Shown piece after piece: positions 1-11,801 of a DNA stretch of 64,000 bases; position 1 is the stretch's first letter; each line of letters opens with the position of its first letter. The DNA comes from Pelomyxa schiedti (taxonomy: Eukaryota > Protista > Evosea), in contig JAHLWZ010000734.1 of assembly GCA_020536535.1 (NCBI GenBank), positions 4,016 to 68,015 on the forward strand, written 5' to 3'. A program made the translations under genes and the position numbers. Below the pieces are notes generated by a model, which saw nothing but the letters and a program-made list of their open reading frames with translations, did no database searches and was not told the origin of the DNA.

Positions 1-39
1 GACCAGCCCCGCGGGTGGGGAGGGTGCAGGAGGCCTCGC

Positions 40-991
40 ATGTGGGGAGCAGGAGGCAGCCGGTGCGCGGCTCCGGCGGCGGCTCCGGATGAGTTATCCA
101 GGTTCTTTTTTTTTTTGTTTGTTTGTTTGTTTGCTTCTTGTTCGTTTCGGTTTGTTTGGATTGGTGTCAACGTAGTGTTCCCGGCAGTTATGTTTTTCAG
201 TATTTGTGGAAAATTGCGAGTTAATCGTTGGTGAATATAGGGCCAAGGGGATTGTGGGAGGCATATTGGATAAAGCGGGCACTCTTGGTGCTGTGAGGAC
301 TAAATTCATTGACCCATCACAGGACATTGTTGTCTCTCGTTGGGTTCGCCTTAAATGCCAATTTGGGTGCCCCACATATGGCAAGAATGCATGTTGTCCA
401 CCAAAGTAAGTCTGGAATCTAATTTGATAGAACAAGCAGTAAAGCTGTTTCTTTTTTTGTGGTTAACTGTCTTGTAGTAGTGTGGATATTCATGAAACTC
501 GCGAAATTCTGAGCGAGTACTCCCTTGGGGTTATCCTGAACTTTAGTGCTTCTTTTGAAAAGGTTGTTGCAATCTCTTTTGTTTCCACACCTTCCCTTAT
601 GTGCTCCAGCCTGAAGAACGTAGACCTTGGTCCCAGGCACTCCAAGGTGAACTGCTGAAGCTTGAGAGGGCAGTCTTTTTGGCAGGATTCCACAAGGCTT
701 TCCTTTTTAATCTGGATGAATGCCGAATCTGTGGCACAGAGTGCCCTGCCGCCACAGCTACAACAGGGAATGGAATGCACAGTGTAAGGGAGATGTGTAA
801 GTGCCAAAAGATGGCTCGGCCCTCATTGGAAGGCATGGGTGTTGATGTCTTCACCACTGGTATTCTGAAGTTCTGTACAATTTCATTTGTAGACTGACTC
901 TATCACAGTACGTAAGGCTGGGTTTGACATTCATGTGCTCCAGGATTACAGTGAAACCATGAACCGGTTTGCCATTCTACTCATTATGTGA
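40..991 (+). CDS. DUF2284-family predicted metal-binding protein, spliced; 5' end uncertain
   Basis: Spliced exons read ...[46 protein letters not shown]...[24 protein letters not shown]...[31 protein letters not shown]...[10 protein letters not shown]. The CxxGCxxYGxxxxCPP and ARPSxExxGxDV pattern is typical of DUF2284. GT-AG introns at about 406-480, 563-609 and 860-909. Confidence 0.8.
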
Positions 992-2760
992 GGCAGCACC
1001 AGAAGAAATGCTTTGAAAAACCAAATGTAAAACTTGGTGATACAAAGCCACATCTTTGTCTTTTACTTTTTATCGTATTTCCTCTCCTTTGGGTGCTGGG
1101 AATAGTTATTCCAATTCACCAATGGGTGGCGAAGCTATAGTTTCGCTTGCTTGTGACACCCTCAACTGGAGCCAGAGGCTCATCCCCACCATGGAACAAA
1201 AACCCCGAGTTGTTGATGAACGGCCTGGAGAACCACCCAGACCCACCTCAGTCTCGTCGCTCCCGTGTGTGTAGGAAGCAGACACCAGCACCAACCCAGG
1301 CAGCCTCACCCCAGATTGAAAATCCATACTTCTGAGAGGGTTGTTGTGACTGATGAATGCTGGACAGCTGTACTGTACTTCCTGGTGATACTGAGACTGG
1401 TACTTAACTTTGGTTTTGATGAAGCTATTGTCTTACTGGGTTCCTGTCACCAGAACCTTTAGGGTTGTCACTCGTGAATTTTAAGTATCTCGGTGACCAA
1501 GTGCACCATAAAGTTACGGGAGATACTTCTGGGTGATGCTTGTGACTACCCCAGAGGGTATGGTACTGTTGGCCTCCATTTGATTCAACTTGAGAGAAAA
1601 GATATGAGCCCAGTGTATACCTGGAGCATACACAGTGACAAGAACTTAGAGTATTGGATGAGTTGATAGATGAAGGGCCGTTTTCCTTTGGTTTGTTTAA
1701 CACAGCACAGGAATTAGATACGGTTCATGATGAATTCAACTGCCACTGAGTCTCAGGAAGCAGTGACAACTCCCAGATGAAGTCCTGGAACAAATAAGAA
1801 GTGTGGCGAAATTTCAGTCACACCCACTGCTGGAAATTGCTACTAAAATTCCAAAGCCATCACTGTACTATAGGTCTTAATATTGGAAATGGGGAATGTA
1901 CTTGAATAAACGGAAATTATCCTTATTGGGCAAAGCTAGTTTAAAGGGGGCCTATTCACTTTCTGCTCATTGATAGATAACCCTTCAATATAGTTGACCT
2001 GCTTTTTTGTTTGGAACAAGTAAAACCGAATGTGAATTGAGACAATTCAATGGTTGTTGTATTGAGGGAGAGTTGTTAACCACAATTCGTCGTACTGGGT
2101 TTTTCTTTGGCGACGGGGCACTTCACACGGAAGTGCCCTCTGTCAAAAATAAGTGGGATTGTGATGTGCCTGCCTCCAAGAGTGCTTGAGAGGCATTTCA
2201 AAAATAGGTGCGGAAAAGCGGGATTAGAGCACAGCGTTAGCCTCTAGGACCCCCTTTAAAAGAGTTTCCCCAAGATCGCTGTGACAGACTTGTTCCCACA
2301 CCAGAGCATTCACTCCCTTAGGTAGGGATTTAGTTTTCCTAACAACCACCGGTTCGAACTTGATCGGCTTCCCCACTTCAATGTCGGGACACGCAAACCT
2401 GTGCGATCTAGTATCCTTGGCTGGTCTTTCCCCTGCAGCTCAGAGATGTGTGGTCCCACCCAGCCCAGTGACCAATATCACAGTCGAGGTCACCCCAACC
2501 TGGAACTGGACTCAGGACTCTGATCTCCCATCACACACAATAGCACCGACGTCGCCATCACTCCAAGCACGAATCACACAACACACAAAAGACGATAACG
2601 AGAATTAAGAGAATCCCTTATCGTACGATCGGTTCGTCGTCCTGCAGGGTACTCTACACCCCTTCATCCCTACAGATGTAGTCTAGGTGAGAGTCCATTA
2701 GCTGGAGTAGCACTGAGACTCAGAGTCAACTCAATGAGCCAAAACGAGTGGTTAGAGGGC

Positions 2761-2790
2761 AATTTCTATTCGCGTATCAATAGAAATTTC
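2761..2790. promoter_or_regulatory. 10-bp perfect dyad overlapping a GAAnnTTC heat-shock-element-like core, upstream of Hsp104
   Basis: AATTTCTATT (2761-2770) and AATAGAAATT (2779-2788); GAAATTTC at 2783-2790; TATAA near 2870, about 100 bp before the ATG. Confidence 0.3.
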
Positions 2791-2972
2791 GCAAAAATGC
2801 CGTTGGTGTTTCCGAGCGATGTCACTGACGTCTGCCTTCCATTCGACGTAAATGCCGCCAGTGACACCTTATAAGCCACAAATTACCATGAAACAAAGCA
2901 ACAAAAAAAAAAAAAAACCTAACCTAACAAGTGTCATTAAAACCAACAACAAACAACAAAACACCTGTATAC

Positions 2973-5900
2973 ATGGACACAGCACAATTTACTGAGAAAG
3001 CCAGCGAGGGATTATCCAAGGCACAACGAATAGCACTTGAGAACAGTGCACCGGAAGTGGCACCCCCACATCTTGCTGTTGCACTTTTTTCAGACGAAAC
3101 TGGCCTGGCTCGTCAGTTGTACGCCAAAGCTGGTGGCGACTTTAATTCTGTTGGCTCGGCGTTGAAGAGGCTGGTGGTATGTTGTTTTCTATTTGTTTTG
3201 CTTATCACACTCTAATCCGTAAGTAAATTAAGTAATTATGTTACATTTTGGTGCCTGACCTATTGGTTTTAGGAAAAGCAACCAAAACAGGACCCACCAC
3301 CATCGAGACTGTCCCCTGGAGGCTCTATGATGAGAGTACTGAGAACTGCCTTGGAGCTTCAGACAAAACAAAAAGATAGTCATGTGGCTGTTGATCACCT
3401 ATTAAGTCAGTCTATCTAGACTCTTAATTTTTATCCTACTAACTCCTCGGCAGTTGCACTGTATGCTGACAAGGAGGTTGGAGCTGCTTTGCAGGCTGGT
3501 GGTGTCTCGAAATACCAAATTGAAAAGACAATTTCTCAATTCCGTGGGACAAGAAAAGTAGAGGGCCAAAACCCTGAAGATTCCTATAACGCCCTCGAAA
3601 AATATGGACATGACCTAGTGGCAATGGCAGAACAGGGCAAACTGGATCCTGTGATTGGCCGTGATGAAGAGATCCGCCGCGTTATCAGGATTTTGGCAAG
3701 GTACCATCTTTTGTACCTTTTCACCCTTCATGACTTCAGTTTTTAGGCGAACAAAAAACAATCCTGTTCTAATTGGAGAACCTGGGGTAGGGAAGACGGC
3801 TATTGTAGAAGGTCTTGCACAGCGAATTGTAAGAGGTGATATTCCCACTGATCTCCAGTGCAAAGTGATTGCCCTTGATATGGTTCGTTTATTTCTTAGT
3901 TCAGTGTAGAAATTCTAATGCTCCTGTAGGGTGCTCTGGTAGCTGGTGCTAAATACCGTGGTGAATTCGAGGAAAGGCTTAAAGCAGTTCTAAAGGAAAT
4001 CTCGGAATCTCAAACTGGCATCATATTGTTCATTGATGAAATCCATCTCGTCTTGGGGGCTGGAAAAGCAGAAGGCTCAATGGATGCTGCCAACCTTCTA
4101 AAACCTATGCTGTATGTCTTTTAATTTCCCTGCAATTACTTTTAACTGTTCTTCCTACAGTGCCAGGGGTGAACTACGTTGCATTGGTGCCACAACTCTT
4201 GATGAGTACAGGAAACATGTCGAAAAAGATGCTGCCTTTGAAAGAAGATTCCAGCAAGTATATGTTGGTGAACCCAGTATACCTGATACAATCAGCATTC
4301 TACGAGGCTTGAAGGAACGTTATGAGACCCATCATGGTGTCAGACTCCTGGATAGTGCTCTGGTTGTTGCTGCACAGTTAGCCCAGCGCTATATTACAAA
4401 TAGATTCCTTCCCGACAAGGCCATTGATCTCATTGATGAAGCAGCCGCAAATGTGAGAGTTCAGCTAGATAGTCAACCGGAAGTCATTGACCAACTGGAG
4501 AGAAAACAGCTACAACTTGAAATCGAGGCAACAGCTCTGGAGAAAGAAAAAGATGCAGGAAGCAAACAACGATTGGCCAAGGTTCGAGAGGAGCTAACTA
4601 AGATCCGAGAAGAATTGATGCCCCTAAAAGCTCGCCATGAGGCTGAAAAGGCAAGGGTTGATGAAATAAACCAGCTCAAGCAGAAAGCAGAGACCCTCAA
4701 AAATAAAATGGAGAGTGCAAAAAGGAGAGGAGACCTTGCCTTGGTTGCTGATTTGCAATACGGAGCTATTCCAGAGATAGAAAAGCGTGTCAAATTGGTA
4801 TGTCAACATTGATGGTATACTGTCATCTCACTTTATGCAGCTTACTGAAGAGCTCCAACGAACAGAAAAGGACCGCATGTTAACAGAAGTAGTTGGGCCA
4901 GAACAAATTGCAGAAGTGGTGAGCAGATGGACAGGAATACCAGTGACAAAATTGAGCCAAACTGACCGCGAACGTCTGTTGCTACTCTCAGACCAGCTAC
5001 ACCGAAGAGTTATCGGACAGAACGAAGCCGTTGATGCGGTTGCTGAGGCTGTCTTAAGATCCCGTGCTGGCCTTGGAAATGTAGGAAAGCCCACAGGAAG
5101 TTTCATGGTAAGTTATTATTGCTTTCTTTTGAAGATTCAATAACTGTATCAAAGTTTTTGGGTCCATCTGGAGTTGGAAAAACAGAGCTAGCCAAAGCCC
5201 TTGCTTTTGAACTTTTTGATGACGAGAAACATATGGTGAGAATAGACATGTCTGAGGTATGCTTTCTATGAGGATATCAGCCTGTAGCTAATAATGTATA
5301 CAGTATATGGAACAACATAGCGTTGCGCGGTTGATAGGTTCACCACCCGGATATGTTGGGTTTGAGGAAGGAGGCCAGCTCACTGAAGCCGTGAGACGGA
5401 GGCCTTACTCTGTGGTATTATTTGACGAAATCGAAAAAGCACACACCCAGGTCTGGAATGTGCTACTTCAAGGTTGGTCCCACTCCCTCTTCACTTGATT
5501 ATACTCATATTTCTACAACAGTTCTAGATGACGGGCGCCTCACTGACGGCCACGGCCGAACTGTAGACTTCAGCAACACAATCATTATCATGACTTCAAA
5601 TATTGGATCGGACTTGCTTTTGAACAGCATCCGACCAGATGGAACTATGCCAGGAGGCGTTTCCGATAAGGTGATGTCTCTAGTTCGCAAGCAGTTCCGG
5701 CCAGGTAATCCACTTGAATTTCGTTTTGCTGTCTGCGCTAAACCTATTTACACCCAGAGTTTCTGAACCGGCTGGACAACATTGTGGTTTTCAACCCCCT
5801 GACCCACGCGAACCTGCTGCAGATTGTTGGGCTGATGGTCAACAAGATCACACAGAGACTGGAGGGCCAGAGCATCAAGCTTGCAATGAGCGACGACGCC

Positions 5901-6125
5901 AAGCAGTTTGTGATCAGCCAGGCCTACGAACCCCAGTTTGGAGCACGGCCGATCGGCAGATACCTCGAGAAGCACATCATCACAGAAATGTCCAAGATGA
6001 TAATCAGTGGGCAGCTACGTGACCACTCCACCGTCAGTGTGACGGCCGATCACGGCAGCCTGCACTTTTCCGTGATACAGGCTGCACCAGCACCAACAGT
6101 ACCTGACACTGACGAAATGTCATGA
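2973..6125 (+). CDS. clpB: Hsp104/Hsp101/ClpB AAA+ disaggregase, multi-intron
   Basis: [29 protein letters not shown] (Walker A1), [16 protein letters not shown], coiled-coil middle domain, [11 protein letters not shown] (Walker A2), [15 protein letters not shown]. Confidence 0.97.
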
Positions 6126-6421
6126 ACCCCTGTTCAACCACCCAGATGACACGCAAAGGCACAAGACCACACTACAGCACCAACACCCAAAATGTTAAAT
6201 ATCCTCTGTTCATCCCCTAGTTAACACAATTAAGTTTTTGTTACAGCTCAACTTCTCCATGTTTGTTGTTTTTTTCCCCTTCTTCATCTTCAAACAACTG
6301 TGAGTAGCACCCAAAAGCCCAAATGCCTTCTATGTTGGGTGGTTTTTCCGAGTGTAATTCGGTGCAAGTCTGTTTAACAGAAACAAACAAAAAAACAAGG
6401 AGAGAAACCCGTCGGTTTGTG

Positions 6422-7272
6422 ATGAAGATTTGTGCGTTTGTGACACTGGCGTGCACGCTGGCGTTTTGTGCCGGCTCCATAAGTACGGCACCTCTTCAAA
6501 ACAATATTTGATCAACTTCATTGTTTACTTTGATTTTTTTTTTTTTTTGCCCTGTGACCTTACCCTTTGCTTTCCAAAGTTTGCGTAATTTACAGTGTAT
6601 CTCCTGATACCGTGTGGTACAAGTACACTACGTTGGGAGGTAATTTCATTCTGACTTTTTTTTTTTTCCTTTTGCCGCACTGATTGACCGGAACGCAGTT
6701 GACACCGAGGAAACTTGGGATACTGTTACTGAGAACGATGGCGATCCTATGGCGGAACTGTACAAAATAGTTTGGGGGCTGACAATTTCTGGGGCAGGTG
6801 TGGGCCTGTTGGGCACTTGTATGTGCACTATTATGTTATTCCGAGTCTGTTGTAGCAAGAAGTCTGGAAATCCCGTAATGAAGTATGTGTTAGAATTTGT
6901 CCCACAGGCGTACTGAAACTTTTCTTTTTCTTTTCACCAAGAGCAATAGCTATAACACTTTCCTCTTTGTCATTGCTTACCTGCATTATTGGTTCGCTAT
7001 ACTTCCTGAGGCACCCCTACTACTACGATAAATACGTACTGTGCGACCTTGTTGGCGATACTACCAGTGCATGCTCGGATTTCAGCGGCCAGACAGAAGT
7101 TGCAGGAGTTGTTACCTCAGAATGGGGGCCAGGTAAAAACCCACAAACACACACCAAGCACTTCCCATATTTCTTACTTCAACGCACAGAGAAAGGCTGG
7201 TACGCGTCTCTTATAGGTGCTGGTTGCACTATGCTAAATGCACTGGCGATAATCGTCGCGCCCACCAAGTAA
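6422..7272 (+). CDS. Small multi-pass (about 4 TM) membrane protein, claudin/LHFPL-like topology, spliced
   Basis: Hydrophobic N-terminus MKICAFVTLACTLAFCA, further hydrophobic segments, a Cys-containing loop and a WGP..GWY motif before the last TM helix. Confidence 0.55.
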
Positions 7273-7499
7273 AAAGACCCCCAATCAACGCATCGCCAAC
7301 GAACGGAACTTCGTTTGTACTTTTCGCGGAAACAACGAACGTCCATTTGTTTCTTTTAAGGAAATTATTGAGAAAGTGGTGCACGAGAGGTGCACTATTT
7401 GTCACAATTTGCCTGCCTGTGCACCTCGTCTGCCAGCGAGGAAAAAAAAAGCGGGCCCCCAAGCAACACTTTAATTAATTAAAAAAAACAAAGGTAGTA

Positions 7500-9862
7500 A
7501 TGACGTCGGTTGTTGTGGCAGCGGTGGAGCAACCAGTTCTGGGTAAGGTGAGCAGAAGGGAGGAGATCTCCGTATCGTGCAAAGACGGAATACAGTTGAT
7601 CTCCACTGTTGACTCACTGGCTTTTGTGGGGGTTGGGGGTTGCCTGTTGGCCCTGTGGTGTCCGCAACTGTGCAAGTGCAAGTTGAAAAACTCGCGTATC
7701 CCGAATCCCTCTGATTCGCCCCGACCACCTTTATCACGATCGAACACTCCAGCCACTATCACACTCACAAGAACCCCATCGGTTTCCCCATCCCCAACAC
7801 CAACAAATACCCCACCACCTTCACCTCTCCCTTCCCGCGCTCGACGAAGTGGAAGCGAGTCATGTGAGAGTCCAGGTCTCACTGTATCTACTTCGCCATC
7901 GCTTCCTTTGTGCGATCCTCCCAGGAGTGCGCCTCTTCCAATCCCTGTTACATCGAAAATGCGTCAGTCTCAAAATATATCTTCCTCTTCTTCGTCTTCA
8001 TCTTCCTCTTACTCGAGTTCCTATTCTTCACTATCCTCTTCATATTCATCTTCGTCTTCCTCTTGTTCTCCTCCCAAAGAATTTTGCAATTCACAACCAG
8101 TTCTTCCTGCCAACACGACAGCTACTCAACACGAGGAGCAGGATAGCCCCTGTCCAACAGAACCGTCAACAACCGACCCACAAGAATCGCAACTTTCCTA
8201 TCAATGCACGTGCTCTTGCTCCTCAGTGGAGTTATTCAGGCTGCATGATACTCACGCAGCCATACGTTCACCACTAATACATTTGTGGAAAATGAATATC
8301 AAAGGTTGGTTTTCCTTACTTAGTCGCTCGGACGAAGTTTATATAAATTTAATTGTACAATGAAACAAGGCCTGTCAGGTGCTGGATTCTCTTTGGTGAA
8401 TTCTATTTACCACATGAAGTGTGTCTATGCAGGAAGTTATGGGAGCCTATTAGCACTATATCCAGATACTGGGTCAATTAAATGGCAAGTCCGCCCCAAA
8501 GGTTCCGCTAAAACAAGGCCTACTGTGCCCTTATTCTAAATGAAAAGGTTTAAGACGTTGTTCTGGAATGGACATGTGGCCTTATGAGGATTGGCTAATT
8601 CTCGGAGGCTCTGGTTGTGTTGCATGTATCTCTTGTGAAGACGGCCATGTAAATTCCTTTTTTATTATTACCTTCACACCAAATATTGCAAGGACATATG
8701 GAGCACAAGTCTGCCGGGTACATTTTTCTGGAATGTTACCCTACTAGTAAGAGATAACATAGTCTACGCGGGCACATACTGCCAAGCTTTTGCCCTGGAT
8801 ATTTTCACAGGAAAAATCCTGTGGTCACAGAGCTTCTTGAAAATTAAGATCATTGCCCCAGTACACTGTTCTTCTCTCGTTGAGTAATATTTCTAATAAC
8901 ATCCAGGTGACTTTTGGGTGGCTTTCTGTTCCTCAAAACTCCCAGTTTGAAAAATGTGAATTTTTAATTGTGGGTAGGTTCAACAACATTTTACTAGCTC
9001 GCTACTAAAATTCTGTTTTCAAGGTTGTTACGGCTACATTTACATGGTTGATCCTCAAACGGGCGAGGTTTGTAGGGAAATTTCTCTTTTTCTCTCTGAC
9101 TGAAATTTGTGACTAGGTACTCATTGAGGTTTCTCTTCCGGGGACTGGCTTTCATGTGGTGTCTTTATTAGTGAACGGCCCCACCATCTACTCAGGTATC
9201 CTGTAACTTAATTTTTAGATTACATTAACCGTACGCAGTTTGCAATGGGGTTGCTTTTGCGCACGATATGCGGGTGCAGGAAAAACTATGGGAAAATAAA
9301 CTGAAAGGTACTACCCACTCCACATTGATTGTCTGTCTACTACCCCCGAAAACAGGATTTGGAGTAGGAGAAGGTGCTTGTATTTTGGAATACACCCTGG
9401 GTTCCCACAACGACCCACCTGAAACCCCCACACATATCGCAATCGGGCTCAATGGAAAGGTTGCATCCCTTTCTGCTTTGTCAGGAGAGATCTTCTGGGT
9501 CTGTTCACTGCCCAATTGTGGATATGGCTTTGTTTCTCTCGGAATGTTGAGAGGCCTTTTGTATGCCGTCAGTTGGGGAAAGATGTATATATTAGATCCT
9601 GAAACCGGTATGGCTGTACTTCTTGAAATTCCCACTTATAACCACCACCGCCTTACAGGCAAGGTTCTTTTCCTGGAAGCCCTCACAGGAACTGGGCATG
9701 GGCCCGCAACAATTGCTTCTGCAGGAGCAAGAATGGACTCCTCTGCCTGCACTCTCTTTGCCAGGACTGATGTAAGGCTTCCCCTTCCCCATAGTACTTC
9801 TGTAGCCACTTAGTACTGTCTAGGTTACTGGACGCAACTCCACGCCTGCTGATCTCACCTAG
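7500..9862 (+). CDS. PQQ-like beta-propeller repeat protein with a long Ser/Pro-rich insertion, spliced
   Basis: Repeated blades such as YAGSYGSLLALYPDTGSIKWQ, YAGTYCQAFALDIFTGKILW, IGLNGKVASLSALSGEIFW and YAVSWGKMYILDPETG. Confidence 0.7.
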
Positions 9863-9972
9863 TGTCTATCTTCTCACTTTAACAAACCCAATTTGTGTTG
9901 TTGTAGCAGTATAACTTGAGAAATAATTGGCGATGGACAAACTTATGTTTTTTTGCAATTACATTTTTGTTG

Positions 9973-11695
9973 TTAATTCGAGGCAACTTTTGCAATCAAA
10001 ATGGAGAGAAGCGAGCCCACTAGAAGCCCTGTGGCGAGACCAATGGCCATCACAGCTCCAGTCACCTGTTTGTGGGTTGGGATAAAGCTAAAAGAGTAAC
10101 AGTACATACATCTTCATCTCTCTTGTTTGTAATCAAGGTGTGGGAAAACGAGAAGCAATTCACTGAGCCCCATCCTGAAGTCCACCCAAATGAAAGTGAG
10201 AGTGCGTAGCACACAAGGTCATGAGCAAGATAGCCCTTGCTGACAAGAACGAAAATGGGTATGAAAAAGACGCGAATGAGAATCAATATTGCTAAGGAAT
10301 ATCTCTTGTTCATTCTTAGAATGCCAGTGTCCCCTTTGAGGAGTTAGTGGTGGAGTCTAAAAACAGTTGATGAAGCACCAAATTGCTTCCCGGCCCAGTC
10401 AACAAGTGAAAACAGAGTCAAGAGAATAACTGGAAACCAACCGGAATCCAAGGGCCATGTGTTATTCGGGAGAGAAACAATCAACACAGGTACAACCTTT
10501 TTAAAAGAGTGAGTTAAGAAAGATTTTTTCCTTAAAAAACACAAGGACCTACTGATAAGGTGATTATGTATTGTACTATGAGGAGTGTTAAAGGTAGTCT
10601 GACGAGTTTCATCACTGTGAGAACGTTGCGCCAATCAGATAGCACGCCTTGACGGGTGGTAACAGCGCACATCCCTCCACACTTACCCGTGCCTTTTCTC
10701 AGAATAGGAGAGAAGCACAGCATAATCATGCACAGTAAGCAACATGCACTTGAAATACCAAAGTATAGGTATGTGCTGGCCACTAACCCAGTCTCGTTCT
10801 GGGGGAAAGCCGCTTTGGTAATTACGCGTAGCAGGGATATTACAACCCCACTGCCACTTTGTCCGCCCTGAGCCCAGTGCAAGGCACTGCGGCCGAACAT
10901 ACTTGCCACACTATATAGAGATGACTCTATGCAACCGTCAGCTAGAGCTGCAATAGCTATAATGGAAAGCAGTAGGCCCCACGCTGTGGTCGTGGAAGTG
11001 TCATTTACTGCAGAAAGAAGAGGACCTGTTTTGATACGTTAAAACTTCATTTCATTCATGGAAGAAACATTACTGATTGCTGGCAAAAATGCCAAAGCTA
11101 TTGTAAATACTAGAAATCCTGGTAAAAGTCTTGCTCGTGGTGTAAGGTAGTGCCCCCACAAAGCAGAAATCCATACTCCCACAAAAACAGCTGAAAGGAA
11201 ACAAGTAGAAAAGCGCAGTTCAATCTGCGATGCCGTGAAAGTAGGAAACTGATTCGTGTAGTAGTCAATGCTCGTAATCAGCGAGTACCACGGGAAAAGC
11301 GACCCCGCTCCTTCGGATTTTCAGTTTAATCTCAAAACTTGTGAAATTACGAAGAACAAAAAGAAGATACCGATCATAAACGCGAACAAGCGCTGGACGG
11401 TGGTGGCGTCTTCCGCAGGGGGTTGTCCCTCAACCTCTATGCTCAGCAGTCCCTTCCCAGTGCTTACGTCCGGCGATGGGGGACTTCTTCCACCCTCCGC
11501 CCCCGACTTGGCTGTGACGTCTGAGATCTGCCCAACGGGCTCCTTCGGCATGGCAACAACCACAGCGCCCCCCTGCGTGCCATCTGACGACATCTGTCTT
11601 TCGCTGGAAACCAAGTTGGTTATTTCCAGTCCTTGCTTCTGGTTGGGACTGGAGGCATCGTTCGAAGAGAATGGAGGTCGATGGGTGGGATCCAT
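9973..11695 (-). CDS. Equilibrative nucleoside transporter (SLC29/ENT), spliced
   Basis: GSLFPWYSLITSIDYY, GQSGSGVVISLLRVITKA, WFPVILLTLFSLVDWAGK, RVFFIPIF, FGWTSGW; about 11 hydrophobic segments. Confidence 0.9.
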
Positions 11696-11801
11696 CCAGA
11701 GTCTGTGCTGGAAATTCCCTCAGTTCCTTCTCTCATCACATTAATATTCGTTTTGTACGTTGAGAAAATATCAGCCAAGAACACGTTTAAAAAACCAAAC
11801 C

